From the NCBI GenBank assembly GCA_964202905.1, contig CAXNJO010000006.1, positions 320,001-384,000 of the forward strand: a stretch of 64,000 nt of DNA, read 5' to 3'. Each line of letters opens with the position of its first letter. The first letter of the stretch is position 1. The position numbers and the translations under genes are program-made. Shown piece by piece: positions 1 through 9,421 of the stretch. The notes under the pieces were generated by a model, which saw nothing but the letters and a program-made list of their open reading frames with translations, had not been told where the DNA came from and searched no databases. The stretch is from Polyangiales bacterium. GTDB taxonomy: Bacteria; Myxococcota_A; Polyangia; Polyangiales; JADJQN01.

Positions 1-624
1 TTGCACGTGGGCGTCGCCGCGCAGCAGCACCGCGAGCGACCATGCGAAGGCCGCGCCCGCGCCCGTCGCGACGAGCGTGTCCATCGTCGCCGTCGCGTGC
101 CGCAGGCTGCGCGCGGCGCCCACGAAGAAGGGCGCGCCCGCGCCGAACGTCACGAGCGCGGCGAGCCCCGCCTGCACCCACGCGTGCCCGGTGAATTGCA
201 GCGCGGGGACCATCGCGACGAGCATCAGCGGCACGGAGAGCACCGTCGCGAAGAGCAGCCGCGCGCTCGCCGCGACGCCGCCGGGCACGGGGCGGGGTGC
301 CGCGAGGGCGTCGATCGACGAGGCGGGAGCGGCGGTCGATGCGTCGCCCGGCTTCGTCGCGGGCGGGATGTGCGCGACGTAGCCGGCCTTCGCGACGGCC
401 GCGGCGAGCGCGGCGCGGAGTGCGTCGTCGGGCGCGCTCACGCCATCGTCCGCGGATGCGCGCAGGCGCACCGTGGCCTCTTCGGTGGCGAGGTTCACGG
501 TCACCGCATCGACACCGGGGACCGCCGCGAGCGCGCGCTCGACGCGCCCGACGCACGCGGCGCAGGTGATCCCCTCGACGGGGAAGCGCAGGGTGCTCTC
601 GTCTGCGGCGCTCACCACTCTCAT
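1..624 (-). CDS. copA: Heavy-metal (Cu+-type) P1B ATPase, N-terminal part; runs off the window start
   Basis: Own translation from ATG at 624: MRVVSAADESTLRFPVEGITCAACVGRVERALAAVPGV..NLATEEA (HMA domain with CxxC), then TM helices and the ATMDTLVA motif typical of CopA. Not in the ORF track because there is no stop in the window. Confidence 0.85.
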   Translation of the reverse strand, partial: MRVVSAADESTLRFPVEGITCAACVGRVERALAAVPGVDAVTVNLATEEATVRLRASADDGVSAPDDALRAALAAAVAKAGYVAHIPPATKPGDASTAAPASSIDALAAPRPVPGGVAASARLLFATVLSVPLMLVAMVPALQFTGHAWVQAGLAALVTFGAGAPFFVGAARSLRHATATMDTLVATGAGAAFAWSLAVLLRGDAHVQ

Positions 625-727
625 GTGCGGCCCGCGGTCTCGCGTGTCGAGCGCCTGCTGCGCGCTGGCGCACGGCGTGTCGCAGCGCTCCGCGCACCGT
701 GTAGCGCGTGACGGCTGCGAGACGCAG

Positions 728-1474
728 CTAGGTACCTTCGCGGGCGCGGCCGAGGAAGGCGCGCGTGCGCTCGTGCTTCGGGTGGTCGAGGACGTCCTTC
801 GAGGGACCATCTTCGAGGATGGTGACGCCGTGCAGGACGAGCGTGCGGTGGCTGACCTCCCGCGCGAAGCCCATCTCGTGCGTGACGACGAGCATCGTGA
901 GGCCGTCCTCCGCGAGCTTGCGCATGACGTCGAGCACCTCGCCGACGCGCTCCGGATCGAGGGCGCTCGTCGGCTCGTCGAGGAGCAGCGCTTGTGGATC
1001 CATCGCGAGCGCACGCGCGATGGCGACGCGCTGCTGCTCCCCGCCCGACATCTCGTGCGGGTAGGCGTCGCTTCGATGCGAGAGCCCGACGCGCTCGAGC
1101 AGGGCGCGCGCCCGCGCGGTGGCGTCGGCGACGGAGACGCCCTTCACGTGGACGGGCGCCTCGATGATGTTGCCGAGCGCGGTGCGGTGGGCGAAGAGGT
1201 TCCACTGCTGGAAGACCATCCCGACCTTGCGCCGCAGGGCGAGGAGCGCGCGCTTGTTCTTCTTCGCGCCGCCCGGCTCGAGCGTCTCGCCGGCGACGAC
1301 CACGCGGCCCGCGTCGAAGTCCTCGAGGCCGTTCAGGCAGCGCAACAACGTGCTCTTGCCGCCGCCCGACGGACCGACGAGCGCGACGACCTCGCCCTTC
1401 TCGAAGCGCACGGAGATGTCGTCGAGGACGCGCCGATTGCCGAATGATTTCGATAGCTTGCTGACTTCAATCAT
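728..1474 (-). CDS. Polar amino-acid ABC transporter ATP-binding subunit (GlnQ-like)
   Basis: Walker A GPSGGGKS, signature MSGGEQQRVAIARAL, LLLDEPTSALDPE, VTHEMGFARE. Confidence 0.95.
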   Translation of the reverse strand: MIEVSKLSKSFGNRRVLDDISVRFEKGEVVALVGPSGGGKSTLLRCLNGLEDFDAGRVVVAGETLEPGGAKKNKRALLALRRKVGMVFQQWNLFAHRTALGNIIEAPVHVKGVSVADATARARALLERVGLSHRSDAYPHEMSGGEQQRVAIARALAMDPQALLLDEPTSALDPERVGEVLDVMRKLAEDGLTMLVVTHEMGFAREVSHRTLVLHGVTILEDGPSKDVLDHPKHERTRAFLGRAREGT

Positions 1475-3063
1475 GACCGGGCCAGCCTTTCCTCGAGCTT
1501 CCGGGCGAAGATCGAGAGCGGGTAGCTCATCGCGAAGTAGAGGCCCGCGCAGAGCAGCCCGGGCAGCACGTGGCTGCGCACGTCGACGGCGACGATCGTC
1601 ATGCGCTTCGTCAGCTCGACGACGGTGATGACCGACACGAGCGAGCTGTCCTTGAGCAGCGCGATGAAGTCGTTCGTCACCGAGGGCAGCGCGAGCCGGA
1701 AGGCCTGCGGCATCACCACGCGGCGCAGCGCGAGCGGCAGGCTCATGCCGAGCGAGAGCGCGGCCTCGAGCTGGCCCTTCGGCACGGCCTGCACGCCGGC
1801 GCGATAGACCTCGGCCTCGTAGGCCGCGTAGTTCATCCCGAGGCCGATCACGGCGGCGACGAGGGGCGAGAGGCGGATGGTGTCCGCGAGCCCGTAGTAG
1901 AGGATGTAGAGCTGCAGCAGCACGGGCGTGCCGCGGTAGATCTCGACGTAGGCGCCCGCGAGCGCCGCGAGCGGCTTCGGCGCGTAGAGGCGGCCGAGCG
2001 CGACGGCGATGCCGAGCGGGATCGCGAGCAGCATCGCCAGCACCGAGACGAGCAGCGTAACGCCCGCGGCCTCGACGAAGAGCGCCACCTGGCCTGCGCT
2101 CATGCTGCGCTTCCCGCCTGCGACCGCCGCGGCCGAGGGCGCGATGGCGGGCGTTCCCTGCGCGGCGGCCTCGGGCAGGTGCAGCATCCGCCGCTGCTCC
2201 GCGTCGCCCCAGGTGCGCAGGCCGAGCTGGCGGTCGTTCCAGAGGTTCTCGCGGCGCAGGATCTGCTCGAGCTCGCCGCGCTCCACGATGCGGACGAGCG
2301 CTTCGTCGAGCGCGCGCCCGAGCGACTCGTCCGCGGGGCGCGAGGCGATCGAATAGAAGCCGTCGCCGAGGTCGCCGACGACCCGCAGCTCGGGTTTCGG
2401 CTCGCCGTAGAGCGTCGCGATGATGTCGTCGAGGAGCACCGCGTCGTTCCGGCCCGCGACGCAGTCGGCGTACGGCTCCTCCTGGCCTTCGTAGCCGACG
2501 ATCTCGGCCTTGCCTTGCAGCATCTCCTCCGAGAAGGAGGCCGTGAGCGTGCCGATGCGCAGCCCGACAAGCGCGTTCAGGTCGGCGCGCACGCGCGTGT
2601 TGTCGCGCCGGGCCATCAGGCGCGCGGCGAAGACGTAGTAGGGGCGCGAGAAGCGGACGCGGCCGACGCGTGGCTGCATGACCTCGAGGCCGTTCAAGAC
2701 GATGTCGAACGTGTCGCGCTCGAGCGAGGGGATGAGCGCGGACCAGTCGTTCTGGACGAACTCGGCGCGCACGCCGAACTCGCGCGCGAGGGCGTTCGCG
2801 AGATCGACCTCGAAGCCCCGGATCTTCGAAGGATCGTTGGGATCTTCGTAGACGTAGGGCGCGCCGCCCTGCAAGTCGCCGCCCCAGCGCAGCACGCCCG
2901 CGGCCTTCACGCGGCGGAGGCTGCCGTCGTCGCGGGGCCCGGCGTCGGCGGCGTTGGCGGGCGTCGGGGTCGGCGTCTGCTCGCTGCCGCCGCAGGCGCA
3001 GAGCGCGAGCGCCGTCAGGAGGAGGCCGAGGCCGAGTGAAGGGACGTTCTCGCGTGGGTTCAT
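1471..3063 (-). CDS. Amino-acid ABC transporter, substrate-binding lipoprotein fused to a HisM/GlnP-type permease
   Basis: Lipobox LCAC, family-3 SBP motifs (GFEVDLA, FSRPYY), C-terminal permease RGTPVLLQL and AEVYRAG. ATGA overlap with the ATPase gene. Confidence 0.9.
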   Translation of the reverse strand: MNPRENVPSLGLGLLLTALALCACGGSEQTPTPTPANAADAGPRDDGSLRRVKAAGVLRWGGDLQGGAPYVYEDPNDPSKIRGFEVDLANALAREFGVRAEFVQNDWSALIPSLERDTFDIVLNGLEVMQPRVGRVRFSRPYYVFAARLMARRDNTRVRADLNALVGLRIGTLTASFSEEMLQGKAEIVGYEGQEEPYADCVAGRNDAVLLDDIIATLYGEPKPELRVVGDLGDGFYSIASRPADESLGRALDEALVRIVERGELEQILRRENLWNDRQLGLRTWGDAEQRRMLHLPEAAAQGTPAIAPSAAAVAGGKRSMSAGQVALFVEAAGVTLLVSVLAMLLAIPLGIAVALGRLYAPKPLAALAGAYVEIYRGTPVLLQLYILYYGLADTIRLSPLVAAVIGLGMNYAAYEAEVYRAGVQAVPKGQLEAALSLGMSLPLALRRVVMPQAFRLALPSVTNDFIALLKDSSLVSVITVVELTKRMTIVAVDVRSHVLPGLLCAGLYFAMSYPLSIFARKLEERLARS

Positions 3064-3079
3064 GGCGTGCCTCCTCGCT

Positions 3080-4411
3080 TCAGAACCAGGTCGTCAGACC
3101 CGCGGTGACCGTCGTCTGGCTGGAGGCCGTCGGGCGATCCTCGCCCTCGGGATCGGGCATCGAGCTCGAACCGCGCGGAACGACGCCCTCGAAGAAGAGC
3201 GGGAAGTCGGCGCGGTCGTGGCGCATCTTGAGGCGTACGGACACGAACTCGACGGGGTGGTAGTCGAGCGTCAGCGTCGCCGAGCCGAGCAGCGTCGAGC
3301 GACTCGTCGGCAGCTCGGCGAGCTCCAGCGTGTCGGCGTGGAAGAGGTTCTCGCCGCCCGCGAAGGTCCGCACCGCGTCGCCACGCGACGCGACCGAGAA
3401 CGTGTCGTGGATGGCGAAGCGCCCCGCGAGCGCGGCACCGAACCAGCCGTCGTTTCCGTCGCGCCCCGGCTCGAGGCCCGCGAAGAGGTGCGCGCGCAGC
3501 GAGAGCGGCGCCGCGACGTGCCACTGCCCGTAGAGGTCGAAGGTGTGTCGCGCATAGGGGCCGCGAGCGTCGCCCGTGTCGCGCTCGTTGCCGACCATGT
3601 AACTGAAGTAGAGGTAGTTCTCCTCGTCGTCGGGGTCGTCGTACTCGAGCGAGACGAGCACCGACTTGCCCGCGTTGTTGTCGGCCACGATCTGATCCCA
3701 GCCGTTGTAGACGCCGGCGCGCGCGGTGAGGCCACCGCCGAGGTCGTAGTTCAGGCGGAAGCCCGCGACCTGGTAGGGCATGAGCGCGAACAGATTGCTG
3801 CTCGACCACTGCCAGTTGAGATAGGCGTTGTTGTACTCGGGGCCGAACGGCACGTTGAACACGCCGCCCTCGAGCGAGAGCGGCTCGAACGGCGTCTGCC
3901 ACGCCGTCGTCGCCTGCTGCATGAGCCGCCAGAGCAGGTTTTGCTCGGGCGTGCGTGGCCCGTCCCAGAACAGCTCGGCGAGCACGCCGAGCTGGAGCTG
4001 CACGGTGCCGGAGACGGACCCTGCGCTCCACTCGGTGGCGAGGAGCGCGCCCTGCAGGCCGACGAGGTCGTGCCGCGTGTCGTACCAGCGCCAGGCGTTG
4101 ACGCGGTTCGAGGGGGCGTTGAGGTTGCAGGCGTACGCGGCCTCGATCGCGCCGTGGAACACGCTCGAGGGCGAGCTGCCCTCCTCGGACTCCTCCGCGC
4201 TGCAGGCGGCTTCACCCTCTTCGGTGATGGCGTCCGACGAGCCGGCAGAAGCGGATTCGGCCGGGTCGGCCGCAGCCTCCACGCCTGCCGCAGCGTCCGT
4301 GGCCGCGTCGCCCGCGGTCGCCGCCGGGTCGGTCGGCGGATCCTGCGCGAGCGCACGGCCGCGTGTGAGTACGACGAACCCGATCACCAGCCGCAGCCAG
4401 CCGTGCTTCAC
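3080..4411 (-). CDS. Outer-membrane beta-barrel porin-like protein
   Basis: GTG start after a GGAGGA RBS, signal peptide, amphipathic beta-strands, NGWD motif, C-terminal aromatic residues (TTWF). Confidence 0.7.
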   Translation of the reverse strand: MKHGWLRLVIGFVVLTRGRALAQDPPTDPAATAGDAATDAAAGVEAAADPAESASAGSSDAITEEGEAACSAEESEEGSSPSSVFHGAIEAAYACNLNAPSNRVNAWRWYDTRHDLVGLQGALLATEWSAGSVSGTVQLQLGVLAELFWDGPRTPEQNLLWRLMQQATTAWQTPFEPLSLEGGVFNVPFGPEYNNAYLNWQWSSSNLFALMPYQVAGFRLNYDLGGGLTARAGVYNGWDQIVADNNAGKSVLVSLEYDDPDDEENYLYFSYMVGNERDTGDARGPYARHTFDLYGQWHVAAPLSLRAHLFAGLEPGRDGNDGWFGAALAGRFAIHDTFSVASRGDAVRTFAGGENLFHADTLELAELPTSRSTLLGSATLTLDYHPVEFVSVRLKMRHDRADFPLFFEGVVPRGSSSMPDPEGEDRPTASSQTTVTAGLTTWF

Positions 4412-4503
4412 GCGCGATTCCTCCCACCCGCGGTGCGGATCGGAGGGGCGCACCCATCACGAGGCCGGGCCGCGCCGAACGTGGAAAGTGCGGGGCCGCG
4501 CGC

Positions 4504-5094
4504 TCAGTGACGCGCGAGGTCGACGAGGCCGTGGAAGGCGTCGTGGTAGGTCGAGAGCTTCGCCTCCACGCCGGGGCCCGACGCGCTGCACTCGGCGACG
4601 AGCGCGGCGCAGGTCGTCGTGAGTTGCGTCGCAGCGGTGCGCCACGCGGCGGCGTCGACCCCGGCGGGCGCAGCGGCGGCAGCGAGCGCGCGCGACTCCG
4701 TGTCGAGGCGCGCCGCGTTCGTGCAGGCGAGGCCCGCGCGCGTCGCGCCGGCTTCGGCGTGCCACACGGGCCGGAGCACGTCGTGGAGCGCCGTCAGGCT
4801 CGCGGGCATCTGCGCGTGGTGCCCTTCGCCGTGGTGTCCCTCGCCGTGCCCCTCGCCGTGGTGCTCCTCGCCGTGCCCCTCGCCGTGGTGCTCCTCGCCG
4901 TGGTGCCCTTCGCCGTGCTCGCCGTGCTCGCCTTCGTGTCCGGCGCACGGGCGCTCGCACTGGTCGCCGCAGGGCTGCTCGCCGCCCTCCGAGTGGGCAT
5001 GCTGCTGGCCCTCGTGCTCGTGGTGATCGCCGCCGCCGCAGGCGGGGGCGAAGAGGGCGAGGCACAGCGAGAGGAGCGTCGAGGTGGTCTTCAT
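4504..5094 (-). CDS. Histidine/glutamate-rich lipoprotein, probable metal binder
   Basis: GGAGG RBS, signal peptide ending FAPAC, repeated GEEHHGEGH units, C-terminal helical domain with paired Cys and YHDAFH. Confidence 0.7.
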   Translation of the reverse strand: MKTTSTLLSLCLALFAPACGGGDHHEHEGQQHAHSEGGEQPCGDQCERPCAGHEGEHGEHGEGHHGEEHHGEGHGEEHHGEGHGEGHHGEGHHAQMPASLTALHDVLRPVWHAEAGATRAGLACTNAARLDTESRALAAAAAPAGVDAAAWRTAATQLTTTCAALVAECSASGPGVEAKLSTYHDAFHGLVDLARH

Positions 5095-5241
5095 CCCGGC
5101 GGATGTCCTCCCCGCTACGGTGCGGCGCAAGGCCGCGCGTGATCGTGCTCACGGCGAGGGCCGGCTTCTCAACCCCGCAGACTCCGGACACGCGGAGAAA
5201 ATCGCTTCTCCCTGCGGACGGGCGCGGGGCACTCTCGCGCC

Positions 5242-7674
5242 ATGCGGCACGTCTCGACGAACACGGTGCTTTGGGCGGTGATCGGGCTCGTCGCCTGTGG
5301 CGGAGGCGGCGCAGCTGCGGATCCCTGCATGAGCAACGCCGACTGTGCGGCGACCGAGGTGTGCCTCGACGGCGTCTGCACCGCGCGGCCTCCGGGCGCC
5401 GACGCTGCCACGGAGGCCGGCCCGCCCGACGGATCGGTGGATGTGGACGCGTGTGCCGCGCCTTGTGGCAGCGCCTGCTGCGGCGCGGCCGAGCGCTGCA
5501 CGTCGGCGGGAATCTGTCTGCCCGATCTCGGGCCCTGCGACGGCGACGGCGCGTGCCTCGACGACAGCTACTGCGTCGAGGGGCGCTGTGCGCCCTACGG
5601 CACGGGACCGCGCGGCGATCGCAACGATCTCTGTCGACGGGCCGTCGTCCCCGGTCGCTTCTCGCCCGTGATCCAGTGTCGCTGGGACGGCCCACCCGGA
5701 GACGATCCGCTGCCACGCTTCCGCGAGGTCGAGTCGACCGCGCTCGTCGTCGACTTCGCGATCGGGCGCGGCGCGGACGAGCCCGTGCGTCCGTCGATCG
5801 TCTTCATCTCGGCGCAGGACTTCGCGTACGGCGACCGTGGCGCGCTGCGGATCATCGATGGGCGCACCTGCGCCGATCAGGGCGTGCTCGCCGCGACGGA
5901 GGACCGCGTGGGCGCCGCGACGACGCCGGCCGTCGGCGACCTCGATGGCGATGGGCGGCCGGAGATCGTGGCGAAGAGCGGGGAGGGCGGCCTCGTCGCG
6001 TTCCGCTACGAGCCGACGCGCGGCGCGTTCGAGCGCCTGTGGTTCTCGCGCGACGCGACGGGGGCGCGCGACCGCTCATTCGGCGCCCGCGCGATCCCGA
6101 GCCTCTCGATCGCGGACCTCGACGACGACGGCACGCCTGAGATCCTTATGGGCGCGGTCGTGTACGCGGCCGACGGCACGCTCCTCGACGCGGCGCAGGG
6201 GCTCCACGACATCGTCTCCTACAGCCAGCCGCCCGTCGTCGCGGACGTCGATCACGACGCGGACGTGGAGCTCGTCACCGGCGACGCGGTGCTCGACTGG
6301 GACCGCGCCGGGCGCCGCTGGGTGCCGCGCTCGTGGGCCGTCTCGCGCACGGACGGCTTCGTCGCCATCGCCGACTTCGGCAGCTTCCCGATGGCAGCGG
6401 GCGACTTCGACGGCGGCCCGGAGATCGCGGTGATCTCGAACGGCACGGCGCGCGTGCAGTCGATCGGCGGAGACCTCGTGTTCGGGCCGATCGCGCTCCC
6501 CGGCGGCTCGCACGGCGGCAACCCGACGATCGCGGACTTCGACGGCGACGGCCGCGCGGAGATCGCGAGCGGCGGACCGGGCAGCCTCACCGTGTTCGAT
6601 CTCGACTGCAGCGCGACGGGCGTGACGGGCGAGTGCGCGGGCCGCGGCACCGACGGCGTGCTCTGGACGCGCGCGGTCCGCGATTTCTCGTCGGGGATCA
6701 ACGGCTCGAGCGTCTTCGATTTCGAGGGCGACGGGCGCGCCGAGGTCGTCTACGCGGACGAGTGCTACTTGCGCGTCTTCGATGGGCGCAGCGGCGATGT
6801 CTTGTGGTCCGCGCCGCGCTCGAGCGGGACGTGGATCGAAGCGCCGATCGTCGCGGACGCCGACGGCGACTACAACGCGGAGATCGTCGTGGGCTCGAAC
6901 TCGGGGCACGGCCCATGTCCGGCCGTCGATCCGCTGCACGCCGGGCTGACCTGCGACGCCGATGCCGATTGCCCGACGGGCGGTCGCTGCGACGCGGGGC
7001 TCTGTCGCTGCACGACCGCCGCCGATTGCGGTGACCCGGACAGCTACGCGTGCACGGCCGCGCTCCCGGGCACCGCCGGCTCGGGCGAGGTGTGCCGCGC
7101 GCAGTTCACGGCGGACATCGTGGGGATCCGCGTGTACGCCGACGCGAGCGACCGCTGGGTCAGCTCGCGCCGCATCTGGAACCAGCACGCGTACGCCGTC
7201 ACCAACGTGCGCGAGGACGGCACGGTCCCGCGGACGAGCGAGGCGCAGCGGAACTGGTCCACGCCCGGCCTCAACGACTTCCGCCGCAACGTGCAGGGCG
7301 ACCTCGTGCCGCTCGCCGGGCCCGACCTCACGATCGGACGCGGCTCCTTCGAGCGCACCTGCACGCCCTCGAGCCCGGTGATTCCCTTGCGGGCCGAGGT
7401 CTGCAACCGCGGGGCCGAGCCGGTCGACAGCGGGATGGTCGCCACCTTCTTCGATGGGGATCCGCGGGCGTCGGGCACCCCGATCTGCAGCGCGACCACG
7501 ACGCGCACGCTCCGGCCCGGGATGTGCGAACCGGTCGCGTGCGACTGGGACCCGGCGCCGACCGAGGGCGTGCGCGAGGTGTATCTCTTCGTCGATCGCG
7601 ACGACGACAACGTCGAGTGCGTCGAGACCAACAACATCGCGCGGATCGCGAGCGTCGGCTGCGTCCTGATCTGA
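5242..7674 (+). CDS. Cys-rich FG-GAP/VCBS-repeat lipoprotein with CARDB-like C-terminus
   Basis: Lipobox LVAC, repeated D(L/F)DGDGxxE(I/V) Ca-binding motifs, WNQHAY motif, ExxETNN C-terminus. Confidence 0.85.
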   Translation: MRHVSTNTVLWAVIGLVACGGGGAAADPCMSNADCAATEVCLDGVCTARPPGADAATEAGPPDGSVDVDACAAPCGSACCGAAERCTSAGICLPDLGPCDGDGACLDDSYCVEGRCAPYGTGPRGDRNDLCRRAVVPGRFSPVIQCRWDGPPGDDPLPRFREVESTALVVDFAIGRGADEPVRPSIVFISAQDFAYGDRGALRIIDGRTCADQGVLAATEDRVGAATTPAVGDLDGDGRPEIVAKSGEGGLVAFRYEPTRGAFERLWFSRDATGARDRSFGARAIPSLSIADLDDDGTPEILMGAVVYAADGTLLDAAQGLHDIVSYSQPPVVADVDHDADVELVTGDAVLDWDRAGRRWVPRSWAVSRTDGFVAIADFGSFPMAAGDFDGGPEIAVISNGTARVQSIGGDLVFGPIALPGGSHGGNPTIADFDGDGRAEIASGGPGSLTVFDLDCSATGVTGECAGRGTDGVLWTRAVRDFSSGINGSSVFDFEGDGRAEVVYADECYLRVFDGRSGDVLWSAPRSSGTWIEAPIVADADGDYNAEIVVGSNSGHGPCPAVDPLHAGLTCDADADCPTGGRCDAGLCRCTTAADCGDPDSYACTAALPGTAGSGEVCRAQFTADIVGIRVYADASDRWVSSRRIWNQHAYAVTNVREDGTVPRTSEAQRNWSTPGLNDFRRNVQGDLVPLAGPDLTIGRGSFERTCTPSSPVIPLRAEVCNRGAEPVDSGMVATFFDGDPRASGTPICSATTTRTLRPGMCEPVACDWDPAPTEGVREVYLFVDRDDDNVECVETNNIARIASVGCVLI

Positions 7675-7749
7675 GGGCGCCCTCGCGCCCCGAACATCCT
7701 GCGCATGACGCTTGACCGCGCAGGACCGGCCGCCGTATCGGTACGCGCC

Positions 7750-8376
7750 ATGAGCACGGAGCCGCTGACCTTTCTCCTCGAGACCTACCCCGCCCACTTC
7801 GCCCGCGGCGTCGCCGCGCTCGCGGCCGATCCCGGGGCCGCGTCGCGCCTCGCCGACATCCGCGCAGCGCGCGGCGCGGTGCAGGTCGTGTTCGAGGGCG
7901 ACGGCGGCGGCGAGGTCTTCCTCGCGGTCGACGCGGGCGTGATGACGGCGTCGCGCACGCGGCCCGCGCTGCCCGTGCGCTTCTGCGTCGCGGCCCCGCA
8001 CGCGGCCGCGCGCGGCGCGCTCGCGATGCTCGAGGAGAGCGGGCGGCTCGAGGACGCCGAGGCGCCCGTCCGCGCCGCGGGGCTGACCTCCGCGCGGATG
8101 GACAAACTCATCGAGAAGGAGCGGCTCGCCTTCCACGTGATCGTGAAGAACGTCCCGGAGCTCGAGACGATCACGATCCGCGTCGGTGTCGGCGTCGACG
8201 CGCCGCCCGAGAAGCCGGGCTTCACCGTCACGCTCGACTACGACGACCTCGAGGACGTCCGCGCGGGTGACCTCACCCCGCAGCAACTCTTCATGACGAA
8301 GCTGAAGATCGTGGGCGACGCCTCGCGCGCGATGACGCTCGCGATGACGATGATGCAGCAGGCCGGCCGCCGCTGA
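7750..8376 (+). CDS. SCP2 sterol/lipid-carrier-like domain protein
   Basis: C-terminal LTPQQLFMTKLKIVGD resembles the SCP2 motif. Codon usage matches the real genes. Confidence 0.55.
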   Translation: MSTEPLTFLLETYPAHFARGVAALAADPGAASRLADIRAARGAVQVVFEGDGGGEVFLAVDAGVMTASRTRPALPVRFCVAAPHAAARGALAMLEESGRLEDAEAPVRAAGLTSARMDKLIEKERLAFHVIVKNVPELETITIRVGVGVDAPPEKPGFTVTLDYDDLEDVRAGDLTPQQLFMTKLKIVGDASRAMTLAMTMMQQAGRR

Positions 8377-8388
8377 CCGCGGAGGCGC

Positions 8389-8835
8389 TCAGCCCGCGCG
8401 GGCCGCGCGGTGCTCGACCATGAGGCAGCGGTCCTGCACGACGAGGATGCCCTCACCCGCGAGCGCCGCCGCGACATCCGCGTGCCGGATTCCGCTCTGC
8501 AGCCACACGCACGCGGGCCGCGCGGCGCGCAGATCGTCGAGGTGCGCGGGCAGATCCTCGGGCCGGCGGAAGACGACGACGATGTCGACCGCCGGGGCGA
8601 TGTCCGCGACGCGCGCGTGCGTCGGCTGACCGAGGATCGCGGCGGGCGGGTCGGGCTGCGTCGGCACCGGGACGATCGCGACGCCCGCGTCGAAGAGGGC
8701 CTTCGGCACGTAGAACGCGGGGCGCGCCGCGTGCGACTCGGGGCGCATGCCGAGCACGGCGACGCGTCGCGCGCCGGCGGCGATGGCGCGGATGCGCGCG
8801 GGGTCCTCGACGAGGAAGTGCGACGGGTCGTTCAT
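8389..8835 (-). CDS. CoA-binding protein (YccU-like)
   Basis: RVAVLG..RPAFYV, VDIVVVFR, VWLQSGI and VVQDRC motifs. Confidence 0.9.
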   Translation of the reverse strand: MNDPSHFLVEDPARIRAIAAGARRVAVLGMRPESHAARPAFYVPKALFDAGVAIVPVPTQPDPPAAILGQPTHARVADIAPAVDIVVVFRRPEDLPAHLDDLRAARPACVWLQSGIRHADVAAALAGEGILVVQDRCLMVEHRAARAG

Positions 8836-8930
8836 GGGTGGCCGACCGTACCATCACCGACGTGCCCGACACGCCGCGCGGAACGCCGCGCGCGGCTTGC
8901 ACGCGCCCCGTCGCGCCGCATCTTCCGCCG

Positions 8931-9404
8931 ATGTCCGACGCCCTGCTCGACGCGCTCCGTCGCCACCTCGCCGCGCGCCTGCCGGCGCTGTCGCGGCAAG
9001 GGGCGGGGCTCCGCGCGGGCCTCGACACGGTGTATGGCGCGGTCACGCTGCGCCTCGACTGGGACGCCGAGGCCGCGTCGATCCGCGTCGCGGTGCACCT
9101 GCCCCTGCCGGCGGGCGGGGGACACGAGCTGCTCGTGTGGTGCCTCGCGACCAACACGCAGTACTGGGACGTGAAGATCGGCCTCGACGACGACGGACTG
9201 CTCGCCGTGCACGCCGACGTCGATGCCGACGCCCGCGCCGACGTCGCCGCCCTCGCCGAGCGCCTCGCGGACCGCGCCGACACCATCCGCGAGCTGCTCG
9301 ACGACGACCTCGTGCCGCACCTGCTCGAGCGCGGCCTCGGCACGCCGGTGCAGCGCGCCCGGTGGCGCGAGCGCGCGCAGCCCTCGCGGGATACGGCGCC
9401 CTGA
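8931..9404 (+). CDS. Small protein resembling the YbjN / type III chaperone fold
   Basis: Alpha-beta pattern LLVWCLATN..VKIGLDDDG typical of YbjN/CesT-like folds. Start chosen at ATG 8931. Confidence 0.5.
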   Translation: MSDALLDALRRHLAARLPALSRQGAGLRAGLDTVYGAVTLRLDWDAEAASIRVAVHLPLPAGGGHELLVWCLATNTQYWDVKIGLDDDGLLAVHADVDADARADVAALAERLADRADTIRELLDDDLVPHLLERGLGTPVQRARWRERAQPSRDTAP

Positions 9405-9421
9405 GCGACGGGGGCGCGGCG

